Shown here piece by piece: positions 40,311 to 50,854 of a DNA stretch of 64,000 bases (its first letter is position 1; each line of letters opens with the position of its first letter). The notes beneath the pieces were generated by a model. The model was not told the DNA's origin. It saw only the letters and a list, made by a program, of their open reading frames with translations, and made no database searches. This DNA comes from an uncultured Gemmatimonadales bacterium (GTDB lineage Bacteria > Gemmatimonadota > Gemmatimonadetes > Gemmatimonadales > GWC2-71-9): assembly GCA_963798915.1 (NCBI GenBank), contig CAWCVB010000001.1:270216-334215 (forward strand), given 5' to 3'. The position numbers and the translations under genes were made by a program.

Positions 40311-41260
40311 CAGCGCTCGCGCTGGCCCTCGCCCTGGTCGGGGCGAGTGCCCCGGGGCCTGCCGGCCCGGCCTGGGTCGCGCTCGGTCGTGACACGACCA
40401 TCGCGACGCCGGCGGGGACGAGAGCGGAGGTGCTGGTGCTCGCCGGCCAGATCCGGGTGCGGACCTGGCAGCGCGCCGCCGTGGCGATCCGGGTATCCGG
40501 CGGGCCGGATCGCGCGGTGATCGCCCTGCTCGATGCCGGGGTGCTGCGCATCCGGCCCGCTGGGGCGGAGGGGATGCGACGACCGCGGATCTCGATCGGG
40601 CCGCAACAAGATGTCACCGCCGACGTGGAGGTGCTGCGCTCCGGCGGCGATCCCCCCCCGCTGACCATCGAGATCACTATGCCGGAGTCGATGTCGCTCG
40701 ACATTTCCGCCATCGACGCCGGCCTGGATATCGAGGGCCTCAATGCGCCGCTCAGGGGGACGGCCGTCCATGGCATGCTTCAGGTGGATCGCGGCATCGG
40801 CACGATGATACTCGAGACGCTCGACGGCACTGTGTCGGTGCGCAGCGCGCGCGGCCGGGTGGCGATCACCGCGCCGAATGGCCGCGCGGCGGTGTCCGGA
40901 CTGCGGGGATCGCTCGAATTCCGCTCGGTCAACGGCGGTATCGCGATCGAGTCGTCGATCCTCGACAGCGCCACCGTGCGCACCTACAACGGGGGCATTC
41001 GCTTCAGTGGCTGGTTCACCGGCCGCGGTCCCCTGGCGGTGTGGACATTCAATGGTGACGTGACATTCACGGTCGCCCATGGTACCGCTGCCCGATTCGA
41101 GCTAGCCACTGCGGACGGCGGAATCACGGTGCGCGCGTCGCTGCCTGCACACCTGTACGACGCGAACCGCCGGGGCTCGCTGGTGCTCGGCGATGGGGGG
41201 CCGCGGGTGCAACTGGAAACCTTTCACGGCAATATCACCGTGGTGGAGGAATCACAATGA
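40307..41260 (+). CDS. DUF4097 family beta-strand repeat protein
   Basis: Signal peptide and repeated (T/S)xxGxI/V motifs (SVNGGI, TYNGGI, TFNGDV, TFHGNI). Position is typical, after an ECF/anti-sigma pair. Confidence 0.85.
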   Translation: MTALALALALVGASAPGPAGPAWVALGRDTTIATPAGTRAEVLVLAGQIRVRTWQRAAVAIRVSGGPDRAVIALLDAGVLRIRPAGAEGMRRPRISIGPQQDVTADVEVLRSGGDPPPLTIEITMPESMSLDISAIDAGLDIEGLNAPLRGTAVHGMLQVDRGIGTMILETLDGTVSVRSARGRVAITAPNGRAAVSGLRGSLEFRSVNGGIAIESSILDSATVRTYNGGIRFSGWFTGRGPLAVWTFNGDVTFTVAHGTAARFELATADGGITVRASLPAHLYDANRRGSLVLGDGGPRVQLETFHGNITVVEESQ

Positions 41261-42855
41261 CGGTTCCACGAGGTCAGTACCACATCACCGTTCTTCTGGG
41301 TTGCCTGATTCTCGGCGTCGCTCCCGCGGTGCGTGGCCAGCAGGGCCCCGTACTTCAGGCCGGGCTACCGGTGGGAGCGCACGCCGTCGGGTTCCGCCAC
41401 GAATGGATCATCGACCCGACGCGAGTCTGGCCGCTCAGTGAACGCCTCGATTCCACCAACGGCTCGGTCGCCCGGCACATGCGGGTCGACGTCTGGTACC
41501 CTGCCATGGCGACTCCTGAATGCACGCACCCGCGGCTCGCCAATTTCGTGAAGCCCGACCCCCCAAGCGCCGAGTTCGAGGAGTCGAACCGGTGGGTGGA
41601 GCGGTGGGATTCGCAGTCCTATGAAGGGTATGCCCGAAGCGCCGATCGGCCTCTCGAAACCTTCATGGCCGTTCGCACCCTTGCCTGTCGCGACGCCCAG
41701 CCAGCGGAGGGGAGATTCCCGCTGGTGCTCTACTCGGGCGGCTGGTACAACCGTTCTCCGGATAACGCGGCGCTGGCGGAATACCTGGCTGGCCACGGAT
41801 ATGTGGTAGCCGAAGTGCCACTCCTCGGTGACGGACTCTGGACCGGCAACCTGGCATCGAGCCCGAGTGCCATCGAGACCCAGATGCGCGACGTGGAAAC
41901 GGCGCTCGGCGCGCTGATCGACAAGCCCTGGGTCGATCGACGCCGGGTGGCGGTGATGGGTTTCAGCTCGGGCGGGATCGTGGCGCTGCTGCTCGAGGGT
42001 CGCAACCCGATCATCGATGCCGTGGTGGGACTCGATCCCTCATACGGCGGCGACGTGGACAAGGTCTTCGGGTCGCCCTATTTCGACATGGAGCGGAGTC
42101 GGCGACCGCTGCTCACCCTTCGAGCCGGGAATGAGCGTTTCACCCAGCGTGACCGGTCGGTCGTGATCGACTCGATGCACCTGGCCGACCGCTACACCGC
42201 GGATGTGGGGCGCTCCTCGCACGGTGACTTCAGCGATGACGTTGTGCTGGAGACCCTCCTCTCGCTGGATCGCCCGGGCGAACCACGAACCTCCGCCGAG
42301 GGACTGGCGGGATACCGCGCATCGGCCCTGGCCACACGCCTCTTCCTCGACGGGATCCTTCGAGGGCGTGCCCCGGCGTTCGACTCGCTCCGGTCGGTCG
42401 TGCCCGACCAGCTGCGGTGGACGGTGCGACCCGGCGCCCGCATCCCGTCCACGAGTGGCTGGGTCGACCGCATTGGGCAAGAAGGCGCGGATGCTGCTGC
42501 GGCGGCCGCCGGGCGGCTCCGCGACGCGAATCCGGGCGTGACCGTGGTGAGGCAATCGGAAATCAACCGCGAGGGATATCGCCTCATCGGGGCGGATCGG
42601 GGGAGGGAGGCCGTTGCGGTGATGCGGTTCAACGTGCTGATGTTCCCGTCGTCCGCCAATCCCTTCGACAGCCTGGCCGATGCCTGCGTGGCGGCGGACG
42701 ACCGGGCCTGTGCAATCAGGGCCTATCGAGGGTTGCTTCGTGTCATGCCATCAGACGCCAGTCTTCCAAAGGAAGTTGGCGATCGGATGGCCGATCAGGC
42801 CCGACGGAAACTGAAGGAGTGGGGAGCGACCCCGGAGTCTCCTCCGGGAACCTGA
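41257..42855 (+). CDS. Secreted alpha/beta hydrolase (dienelactone hydrolase/PAF-AH-like) with C-terminal TPR
   Basis: Signal peptide, VWYPA, GRFPLVLY, GFSSGG, VGLDP, HGDFSD and INREGY...SANPFDSLA. Confidence 0.8.
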   Translation: MTVPRGQYHITVLLGCLILGVAPAVRGQQGPVLQAGLPVGAHAVGFRHEWIIDPTRVWPLSERLDSTNGSVARHMRVDVWYPAMATPECTHPRLANFVKPDPPSAEFEESNRWVERWDSQSYEGYARSADRPLETFMAVRTLACRDAQPAEGRFPLVLYSGGWYNRSPDNAALAEYLAGHGYVVAEVPLLGDGLWTGNLASSPSAIETQMRDVETALGALIDKPWVDRRRVAVMGFSSGGIVALLLEGRNPIIDAVVGLDPSYGGDVDKVFGSPYFDMERSRRPLLTLRAGNERFTQRDRSVVIDSMHLADRYTADVGRSSHGDFSDDVVLETLLSLDRPGEPRTSAEGLAGYRASALATRLFLDGILRGRAPAFDSLRSVVPDQLRWTVRPGARIPSTSGWVDRIGQEGADAAAAAAGRLRDANPGVTVVRQSEINREGYRLIGADRGREAVAVMRFNVLMFPSSANPFDSLADACVAADDRACAIRAYRGLLRVMPSDASLPKEVGDRMADQARRKLKEWGATPESPPGT

Positions 42856-43031
42856 GCAGCACCGCCGCCTCCGCCGCCGTGATCGCCTGGATGGCGAGCA
42901 GCGTGCCGGCCCGGTCTGGCCCCGATGGGCGTGCCGATTCTTACGATCCGCACGGCGACCGATGCGACGTCCGGTGCATCCTGAGATGCGTCGGCCATCC
43001 TTGCCGAATGGTGGCGTACCCAGCACTGGAG

Positions 43032-44252
43032 ATGCAGATGATGGGTCAGCAACTCAGGCTCCGTTTCGCGATTCCCGTTGGCGCACCTGCCGTCCGGACG
43101 ACGCTCCCGGCCCCCGTCGAATGGGAGCCGGCCCGGAAACCGTCTCCCCGCCCCGTACGCCATGTGTGGACGACCCGTCGACTCACCCTGATCCTGGCTG
43201 GTCTCGCGACGCTGGCGTCGCCAGCCGCCCTCCGGGCACAACGGCAGCCTGCCGACCGGGTACACATCCAGGTCGATACGGCAGAGGCGGTGGCAGTCCT
43301 GCGGATCATGAAGGTGCGCCGAGCTGGCGGGCAGGTGCCGGACGAAGACTGGGGTCGCCTCTTTTCGACCGAAGGTTACGAGCGGCTCCAGGTGCGCGAG
43401 GCCGCCGTGAAGCGGCCGTTCTCCGATTCAGAGTTCGCTGCGTTTGTCGATTCCGACACGCTGGGACAGCGCGCAGCGTCCTTGCAACGCGCGCTGAGCG
43501 CCTGGGAGGGGGCCGACCTGCAGGCGGCGGCTCAGCGGGCCCTTGCCTACCTGCCCTCCGACGGCCGGATCACCGCGACGATCTATATCGTCGTCAAGCC
43601 CAAGACCAACAGTTTCGTGTGGGACGTCGAAACCCGGCCGGCGATCTTCCTCTATCTCGATCCGGACGTCACCGCACCGAAGTTTGCCAACACCGTGGCG
43701 CATGAGCTCCATCACATCGGCTTCGCCAGCATCAGGAGCCGCACCGACTCGATGCTGGCCTCCCTGCCGGACAGCGTGCGCCCGGCCGCGGAATGGATGG
43801 GGGCCTTCGGGGAGGGATTCGCCATGCTGACCGCCGCGGGCGGGCCCGACGTGCATCCCCATGCTGACAGCCCTGCAGCCGACCGTGCCCGGTGGGACCA
43901 TGACATGGCGAACGTCAACCAGGACCTCCGGACCCTGGACAGCTTTTTCCTGGATGTAATCGAGGGACGCCTGAGCACACCTGACACGCTGCGGGCAGTG
44001 GCCTCGACGTTCTACGGCATCCAAGGCCCGTGGTATACGGTGGGATGGAAAATGGCGACCGTTATCGAGAAACGATTCGGTCGCCCGGAACTGATCCGCT
44101 GCATGACGGATCCGAGACGGCTCCTGGATCGCTATGACGCGGCTGCCGCGGACTACAATCGGACCCATGCGGACACACTGGCCACCTGGTCGCCGCTGCT
44201 GCTGACTGCCATGGGCGTCCAACGGGCCACCCGCGCTGGAGGCAGCATGTGA
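43032..44252 (+). CDS. Putative Zn-dependent protease (DUF5700-like), start uncertain
   Basis: Signal-like LTLILAGLATLASPAALRAQ, AHELHH (HExxH), GEGFA and QGPWYTVGW. Confidence 0.75.
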   Translation: MQMMGQQLRLRFAIPVGAPAVRTTLPAPVEWEPARKPSPRPVRHVWTTRRLTLILAGLATLASPAALRAQRQPADRVHIQVDTAEAVAVLRIMKVRRAGGQVPDEDWGRLFSTEGYERLQVREAAVKRPFSDSEFAAFVDSDTLGQRAASLQRALSAWEGADLQAAAQRALAYLPSDGRITATIYIVVKPKTNSFVWDVETRPAIFLYLDPDVTAPKFANTVAHELHHIGFASIRSRTDSMLASLPDSVRPAAEWMGAFGEGFAMLTAAGGPDVHPHADSPAADRARWDHDMANVNQDLRTLDSFFLDVIEGRLSTPDTLRAVASTFYGIQGPWYTVGWKMATVIEKRFGRPELIRCMTDPRRLLDRYDAAAADYNRTHADTLATWSPLLLTAMGVQRATRAGGSM

Positions 44253-44502
44253 ACGCGGGATGAGAATGGTCCGGCCACCTCGCAGTTGTCACCCGAACGC
44301 CGTCTGACATATCGTCCGATGACGCTCCATCATGCCCCGCTCAGGCGACAATGTACAGCGGGAACAGGGCTCAAGCCGACACGGGCCGGTCAATGATGCG
44401 GCTCAGTGTGGTGTTCGCCTGATGATCATCGGGTGGACTCGCGTCGCTTCGCCCTCATCTCCGCCGCTCGTCCCGCGAGGATCGCTGTATTGCTATCGTC
44501 GG

Positions 44503-44582
44503 CATTTGCGGCGCGCCGCAACTGCTCAACGCGGAGGCGCGGAGGGCGCGGAGGCACGCAGAGGGATCCTTGTGCCGACATG
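44503..44582 (+). repeat. 80-bp repeat, copy B
   Basis: Direct repeat of 38520-38599. Confidence 0.92.
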
Positions 44583-44689
44583 CTTCGCTTGCCGGGGGCA
44601 GCTCGCAAGGCGTTTTCGTGGCTGGCCAGGTGAGATTCGGATCCTCCGAGCCGTCGCGAAACCCTCCGCGCTCACCGCCCGACCCCACC

Positions 44690-45162
44690 TCACCAGACCG
44701 GGCGCCAGATTAGACTGGTCGAGCCGAAGGCTGTCCCCAGCGCCACCCCCAATCCCAATGGGATGAGCGCGCCGACCTCGGCAGCCGACCGACAATCCGA
44801 CGTGTCGCACACGCTATGAGCGAACGCGATGAACAATCCGCCCAGCGCGGCCCCGATGCCACCGCCAATCAAGGCACCACGCTTCCAGTGTGACCCGGTG
44901 GCGACATCGAGATGCATGACGCTCGAGGTCTCGACGGTCTCCACTGCCGAGCGACGTCAGTGAGGAACAGGGCGGCCCGGATAGCGGCAGTAGGTGATCG
45001 TCGCCTGCCCGAGCAGGATCGGCGCGAGCAGTCGGCCGCGTGGCGCGGCTTCCGGGTGAGATGGAGACGGACAATGGCGCCTGAATCGACCGGAATGACC
45101 TGCTGGGCCGTCGCAAGGGACGACCAGCAGACAAGCAGGAGCATGGTTGTGCGGGAGATCAT
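44690..45162 (-). pseudogene. Frameshifted secreted glycine-zipper protein
   Basis: Signal peptide MISRTTMLLLVCWSSLATAQ in one frame and WKRGALIGGGIGAALGG...GVALGTAFG in another. Confidence 0.55.
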
Positions 45163-45362
45163 GCCACTCGCTTTCAGCGGTGCGGCGGCGTGCGTGAGAG
45201 GGTGAGCGCTAGGCGCGCAGCGCATAGCGGGCTGAGCTGCGCATGCGCCGGAGCCGGCTGCGCTTTCTGTGCGTCCTCCGCGTCTCCGTGGCAAGCAGTT
45301 CGGGAGCCGCGGCCTGACGACCGATGACTGACGACGGACGACGTTTGACGCGTCCATACGAG

Positions 45363-47726
45363 TCACGGCCTCCGCTGCCCTCGGTACGGCAGCCCGAGTC
45401 GTCGCAATGTGGCCTGAAACCGCGGATGATCGCGGATCGGATCAAGCGTGGGATTCCAGAGCGTCAGCACACCGTTGGGCGTCGGCCTGGTGCCCAGGCG
45501 GTCCACCGCAGCGAGCGCGCCCGCCGTATCGCCCAGCAGCACGAGCCAGTTTACCCTGTAGTCGCCACTGAGGCCCCACGACGCGCTCGCCGGCGTGCGC
45601 GAGAGCAGCGCCAGTGCCTCGCCGCGGCGCCCGGAGTCCGCCACAGCGTGAATCAGCCCGGAATAGATGTCCGGATCAACGCCGCTTGCCTGGGCCAGGC
45701 CCCGCCCGGCCTGTTCGGCGAGATCGTATCGCCCCGCCATCAGCTCAGCCCACATCCGCCACATGAGCGGCAGCGCCAGGCCGGGGGCCAGCTCCGAGGC
45801 ATGGCGCAGCAGCGTCGCGGCCGAATCATAGTGATGGAGAAAGAGTTGCGCGGTGCCGACGGTCGTCGCAGGAATCGGGGCGAGGGGATCGAGCGTACGA
45901 GCCCGCTCCATCCAGGGGACGGCCGCCGCGGCCTGACCGGTCCAGAACAGGAATTGTCCATACTGTTCCAGGGCCTCTGCGTCGCTGGGGGCCCACCTCA
46001 GCGCGCGTGCAAAGGCAGCCTCGGCGGCGGCCCACTGCATCCGATCCCGGTACACGCTGCCCAGTACCGCATAGGCCGGCCCCAGGGTGCTGTCGAGCGC
46101 GATCGCCCGCCGGGCTGCCTGTTCCGCCCCGGGGAGCTCCTCCTCAAAGGAGGCCAGCCCATACGCCGGCAGCAGCTCGCGGGCTGCCGCGAGCCCGGCC
46201 CACGCGGGTGCGAAGCTCGAGTCACTCGAGATGGCGCCCTGGAAGTAGGCGATGGATTGCTGGAGTGCGGGGCCCCGGACTGCCAGGAGGGAGAGCCCGC
46301 GCAGGTAGAGGTCGTGCGCCTTGACGGGCGTCGAGCCGGGAACGGAGCGCGCGATAAGGCCCAGACGCACCTTGAGTGCCTCCGCCAGGGCTTGGGAAAT
46401 CTCGTCCTCCACCGCGAACAGGTCGGCGAGATGGCCGTCGAATTTGCCGGACCAGATCTGAGAGCCGTTCCGCGTGTCGATGAGTTGGGCGGTAATGCGG
46501 ACCTCGTCCCCCTCGCGCTGAATACTTCCCTCGAGCACGGCGGCCACGCCGAGGCGCCGTCCGACTTCCCGAGCGTCGATCGCCTGGCCTTTGAACCGAA
46601 ACGCCGAAGCCCGCGCGGCGACCCGCAGCTCGGGGACCTGCATCAGGGCATACAGGATCTCCTCAGTGACACCGTCGCTGAAGTATTCACCGGACGAGTC
46701 CCCCCGCAGGTTCCGGAACGGCAAGACGGCAATTGAGCGGGGTGGCTCGACAACGCCACTGGGAGACCCGGTGCCCCCGCTTCGGGCGCGCATCGCCCAC
46801 CAACCGCCCATGAGGAGCATGACCATCGCCACCAGAGACAGAGCTCGATGCTTTGCCCTTGGGCGGTCGCCCGAGCCGTTCTGCTCCACACCCAATCCGG
46901 GCTGGGTGATGGCGATGGTGCCACCCGGTCGTGGCGCCCCTGCGGCGACCGTTGGACCACTGGATCGGGACTCGAGCTCGCGAGACGGGGTCGGCTGGCT
47001 CTCTCCAGGGTCAGCGCGAATCCTCGCCATCGCCGCCCGCGTCTCCGCCGATGGTTCCATGTCGTACTCCTGCTGCAGCGTCCGCGCGAAGGCCTGGTAC
47101 ACCTGCACAGCTGCCGCCCGGTCGCCCAGGCGCTCCAGCAGGAAGATCAGACGACGAAGCGCGCTCTCGTCAGTGGGAGAGAGGGCGAGCGCACGGCGCG
47201 CCGCCGCTGCCGCGCCGGCGGCATCGCCGTCTCGCTCCCGTGCCACGGCCAGCGCCCAGCCCACCTCTCCCGCCCGCTGCCTCAGTCGGTCGCGCTCCTC
47301 GTCCAGCCAACGCTCGAACCCCGGGGCCGCTGAGATGTGGAAGCCCGCAAGCAGCTCGCCCCGATAAAGCGCGAGCGCATCAGCCGGCCGCCCCTGGTCT
47401 ACCGCAGCATCGAACGCCCAGGCATCACAGCCCAGCTGATCGGGCGCGAGGGCCAGCTCCTCGTCGCCACGTGACACGATCGTCGTCGGACCAAGGGCCC
47501 GGCGCAGGATGTAGACCGACTGTCGGAGCGCGTGCCGGGCCTGCTCGGCACTGTCATCCGGCCAGAAGAGGGCAAAGAGGGTATCCCGACGGTGGAAACC
47601 GCGTGGCGTAGCGAGCGCGAGATAGCAGAGGAGGGCCGCGCGCCGGGGCTGCGCGAGAACCGCGCCGATGGCTCTGCCGTCGGCCGAGGTCAACTCCAAG
47701 GCGCCCAGGGTACGCAGTTCGATCAT
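45363..47726 (-). CDS. Membrane-anchored SARP-type regulator: wHTH-BTAD / TM / TolB_N-like / TPR
   Basis: LRTLG..QPRRAALLCYLA..RRDTL..FWP..ARHALRQ, ALYRGELL..FERWL, EPSAET, TM ALSLVAMVMLLMGGWW, SIAVLPFRNL..YFSDGVTEEI..VLEGS and TPRs. Confidence 0.9.
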   Translation of the reverse strand: MIELRTLGALELTSADGRAIGAVLAQPRRAALLCYLALATPRGFHRRDTLFALFWPDDSAEQARHALRQSVYILRRALGPTTIVSRGDEELALAPDQLGCDAWAFDAAVDQGRPADALALYRGELLAGFHISAAPGFERWLDEERDRLRQRAGEVGWALAVARERDGDAAGAAAAARRALALSPTDESALRRLIFLLERLGDRAAAVQVYQAFARTLQQEYDMEPSAETRAAMARIRADPGESQPTPSRELESRSSGPTVAAGAPRPGGTIAITQPGLGVEQNGSGDRPRAKHRALSLVAMVMLLMGGWWAMRARSGGTGSPSGVVEPPRSIAVLPFRNLRGDSSGEYFSDGVTEEILYALMQVPELRVAARASAFRFKGQAIDAREVGRRLGVAAVLEGSIQREGDEVRITAQLIDTRNGSQIWSGKFDGHLADLFAVEDEISQALAEALKVRLGLIARSVPGSTPVKAHDLYLRGLSLLAVRGPALQQSIAYFQGAISSDSSFAPAWAGLAAARELLPAYGLASFEEELPGAEQAARRAIALDSTLGPAYAVLGSVYRDRMQWAAAEAAFARALRWAPSDAEALEQYGQFLFWTGQAAAAVPWMERARTLDPLAPIPATTVGTAQLFLHHYDSAATLLRHASELAPGLALPLMWRMWAELMAGRYDLAEQAGRGLAQASGVDPDIYSGLIHAVADSGRRGEALALLSRTPASASWGLSGDYRVNWLVLLGDTAGALAAVDRLGTRPTPNGVLTLWNPTLDPIRDHPRFQATLRRLGLPYRGQRRP

Positions 47727-47750
47727 GTCGCCGGTCCGGCAGGAGAGGGC

Positions 47751-47814
47751 GTCACCCGGCGGTGACGACCGGAAGACTGCGGGGTGACGGACGTCGCGGA
47801 GATTGTCCTAACCT
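47751..47814 (+). promoter_or_regulatory. Putative SARP operator with 11-bp-phased boxes and a candidate -10
   Basis: GTCACC (47751, inverted), GGTGAC (47761), GAAGAC (47772), GGTGAC (47783). TAACCT at 47809. Confidence 0.5.
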
Positions 47815-47890
47815 ATGCCGCCGCCGGTCGCTCGCAAGCAGCGGGTGACGAGCAGGCCGCGGTTGGGACACACCCTGGAGGAGGTCCCCC

Positions 47891-48403
47891 ATGTTACACC
47901 GTACCTTCGCAAGTCTGATCGTCACGCTCGCCGCCACAGCCGGATTCATCGCCTGCTCGGACGACTCACCCGTTGCACCGAGCGGCACCGACCTGGTGGT
48001 AGCGGATGTTGCCACCACCACGCTCACGCCGTTCACCTTCCGCGCGCCGCTCGATCCGTATCGGATCCAGCAATTGCCGGACTTCATGATGCACTCGAAG
48101 GCCACGACGGACATCGTGATCCAGCGGAGCGTGTTCGCTCCTGGCGCGGGCATGTGGCACACCCATCCCGGGCCCAGCTTCGTCTACGTCATCGAAGGCG
48201 CCATCAAGCTGGAGCGGTATACCAGCAAGGATGGCTGCACGGAAACTCCAGTGTACGGCCCCGGCAGCGCCTACTTCGAGGTCCCTGACCAGGTGCATCG
48301 GGCCGTGGTGGTGAGCGAGGCCTCCGCCGTCGTCCTGGTCACGCGATTTAACATCCCGGTGGGTGCACCAATCACGGTCCCGGCAGCCGATCCGGGTTGC
48401 TAG
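47891..48403 (+). CDS. Cupin-domain lipoprotein
   Basis: GGAGG RBS, lipobox FIAC-SDDSPVAP, WHTHPGP..VIEG and YFEVPDQVH. Confidence 0.88.
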   Translation: MLHRTFASLIVTLAATAGFIACSDDSPVAPSGTDLVVADVATTTLTPFTFRAPLDPYRIQQLPDFMMHSKATTDIVIQRSVFAPGAGMWHTHPGPSFVYVIEGAIKLERYTSKDGCTETPVYGPGSAYFEVPDQVHRAVVVSEASAVVLVTRFNIPVGAPITVPAADPGC

Positions 48404-48549
48404 TCTGGCCCGCGGCCGGCGGCTGGAGAAGAAGCGAGGAAGACACGACGAAACCGCAAGGCCGGCGCTGGCGCGCCGGCCTATGTCCCTCCCCAGTGCC
48501 TCCACGAGGTCGCGATACAGCCTCGGCCTTGGTGCGGGAAATCCCTCGT

Positions 48550-49758
48550 TTACGCCGCGCCAGGAACACCCTCCCGCCACTCATACTCCGGCAGCGAGAT
48601 GTCGTCACGCAGGTCCCGGCCCACCACCAGATTCGCAATCGCAGGATATCGCAGCACCGAGGTGACCAGATTCCGGAATCGAATACCAAGCGCCGTCCTG
48701 GGCGCGAACGCGGACGCAAACTTGGCGGCTGAGCGCTGCTTCCGATCCAAAAAAGGCTTCATGTGGGATTGATATCGGTCAAAGGCCACAGTGTGGTCGC
48801 CCGCGGCGCGCTGGAGTTCACCAGCCAGGACGTAGGCTTCCATCATGGCGAGACCAGTGCCCTCACCCGCCACCAGCGAGACGCAGGCGGCGGCATCGCC
48901 GACCAGCGCCACGCGCCCGGTCGTCCAGTTGGGCATTCGGATCTGGCTCACGCGATCGAAATAGATCGGTGCGGAATGATCCATCAGCTCCAAAATCTCT
49001 GGACACTCCCAGCCGACGTGAGAGAACGCCTCGCGCAGCGCCCGGCGGCGTTCGTCGTCATCGGCTGGCATGGCCGAAGCCAGATATTCGTCGCGGAACA
49101 CGAAGAGGAACAGGGTCCGGTCATCCCGCAGCGTCAAGCGGGACACCTGCCGCCCGGGTACGGAGTAATTGACGGAGACGTGCGGATCGCGCTGCCGGTA
49201 CCCGTCCGCCTCGAAGGCCGCGACGTGATAGCCGAGCGACACTTCAAACTGCTCCTCGGAAGCGAAGGCCAGCCCCCGCACCCGGGAATGGAGACCGTCA
49301 GCGCCCACCACCAGGTCCACCTCACGCGGCGGCGCCTGCTCGAAGTTGAGGCAGAGGCGGCCGCCGAGATCTTCCCATCCGGCGATGGAATCGCCGAACA
49401 TCGTCTCGACCTGACCCTCGATGGCGCCGTAGATCGTGGCGGCAAGGTCTGACCGGCGCACCTCGATGAAACGGCCCCTGGTCATGCGGCGGAACACGTC
49501 CACCGGGAAGCCGCCGATCCTGTGCCCCTGTTCATCCGTGTAACGAACTTCCTTCACTTCGTAGTCCAGCGCCTGCAAGCGCGGCATCAGGCCCATCTTC
49601 TCGGCCAGGTCATATCCGCCGCCCCAGAAATCGATCAGGTAGCCGCCGCGCCTGAGTGCTGGCGCCTGCTCGACCAGCAGTACTTCATGTCCGGCCTGAT
49701 GCAGCCACCAGGCGAGCGTCGTGCCCGCAATCCCAGCACCGTTGATCGCAACCTTCAT
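48550..49758 (-). CDS. FAD-dependent monooxygenase (group A flavoprotein)
   Basis: MKVAINGAGIAG, RRGGYLIDFW, VVGADGLHSRVR, GRVALVGDAA and GEGTGLAM. Confidence 0.9.
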   Translation of the reverse strand: MKVAINGAGIAGTTLAWWLHQAGHEVLLVEQAPALRRGGYLIDFWGGGYDLAEKMGLMPRLQALDYEVKEVRYTDEQGHRIGGFPVDVFRRMTRGRFIEVRRSDLAATIYGAIEGQVETMFGDSIAGWEDLGGRLCLNFEQAPPREVDLVVGADGLHSRVRGLAFASEEQFEVSLGYHVAAFEADGYRQRDPHVSVNYSVPGRQVSRLTLRDDRTLFLFVFRDEYLASAMPADDDERRRALREAFSHVGWECPEILELMDHSAPIYFDRVSQIRMPNWTTGRVALVGDAAACVSLVAGEGTGLAMMEAYVLAGELQRAAGDHTVAFDRYQSHMKPFLDRKQRSAAKFASAFAPRTALGIRFRNLVTSVLRYPAIANLVVGRDLRDDISLPEYEWREGVPGAA

Positions 49759-49831
49759 CCCTGCTCCGCCATTCAGTGCCCTGCCCAAGGTGCCGGGCTC
49801 GGGCGGCGAACACAAGTTCCGGCCGCGCGAC

Positions 49832-50404
49832 TCAAGTGACCTCGGATTGGCCGGCCCACACCTCTTCGGCCTGCCGCAGATGGCGCCGCTGGTGCCGGGG
49901 CAGCAAGGCCAGGGCGGAATAGCCGTTGTAGTGAATGCGCGGATCGAATGGCGACTGGATCCGCGCCTCACCCAGCGCGCGGCCGTCCGCATCGCGCGTG
50001 AGCGCAATCTGCTCGTCCTGCAGGCGGTTGAACTCGGCCAGCACGGTTTCACGGTCGAGCGCGCCGCCGGGCACGAACGCGGCAAGCGTCCTGACTCGCC
50101 CAATCCGGATCCTGCCGACCCGAGGCAGCGGCCCGACTGCAAGTCCGACCAGCCATCCGACCGGGTCGCGGCGATAGCGAACCGCAGGAGCATCAAGCGG
50201 GGGCAATTCTGCAAGACTCTCACGAATCAGCGGCACGTAGGCCAGCGCCGTGAGGTTGAGATGGACGATGCACTCCGCCACCGACCAGCGCTCCGGCTGG
50301 GCGCGTGCGGCCCACCGCATCTCAGAAGTACGAGCGGCCAACGCGGTGACGCCCGACCGCACCGCCTCGAACTCATCTACGAGCGCTGCCAGTTGACGAC
50401 GCAT
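49832..50404 (-). CDS. DinB family protein
   Basis: WSVAECIVHL and HQRRHLRQA. Confidence 0.85.
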   Translation of the reverse strand: MRRQLAALVDEFEAVRSGVTALAARTSEMRWAARAQPERWSVAECIVHLNLTALAYVPLIRESLAELPPLDAPAVRYRRDPVGWLVGLAVGPLPRVGRIRIGRVRTLAAFVPGGALDRETVLAEFNRLQDEQIALTRDADGRALGEARIQSPFDPRIHYNGYSALALLPRHQRRHLRQAEEVWAGQSEVT

Positions 50405-50449
50405 CGCGCCTCGCATCCCGGCGAATCTGTTTGGCGTGAGTGCCGCCGG

Positions 50450-50815
50450 TCAGGCGGCCGGCTGCGCCTGCTGCCGGCTTGGTCTTGCCCAGCTCCCGGC
50501 CGCGAGAGCCAGGACGAACGCAGCGCCGACACCGATGATCGCCGAGTCGCTGGCGGTCCAGTTGGACTCCAGCACACCCAGCGCCAGAAAGTAGAGCGCT
50601 GGCAGCGCGCAGATTGCCAGAGCGGCAGTGAGAGGGCCGAGCCAGCCGCGGCGCACAATGAGGACGGCGGCCAGTGGATACAAGAGAAGATAGGACCACC
50701 AGTACGGGGCATGCCTGAGATTCGTGGCGTACGCGAGGAAGGCCCCGAAATGCCCGACGAACATGAGAAGTCCGCCGAGAAGGACGATCAGGATGGTCCT
50801 GCCGATGGCGCGCAT
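50450..50815 (-). CDS. Hypothetical membrane protein
   Basis: Four hydrophobic segments. GGGAG upstream of the ATG. Confidence 0.65.
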   Translation of the reverse strand: MRAIGRTILIVLLGGLLMFVGHFGAFLAYATNLRHAPYWWSYLLLYPLAAVLIVRRGWLGPLTAALAICALPALYFLALGVLESNWTASDSAIIGVGAAFVLALAAGSWARPSRQQAQPAA

Positions 50816-50854
50816 GATTCACTCCCGGTGGAGGGCACCACTACACGATCGCGT

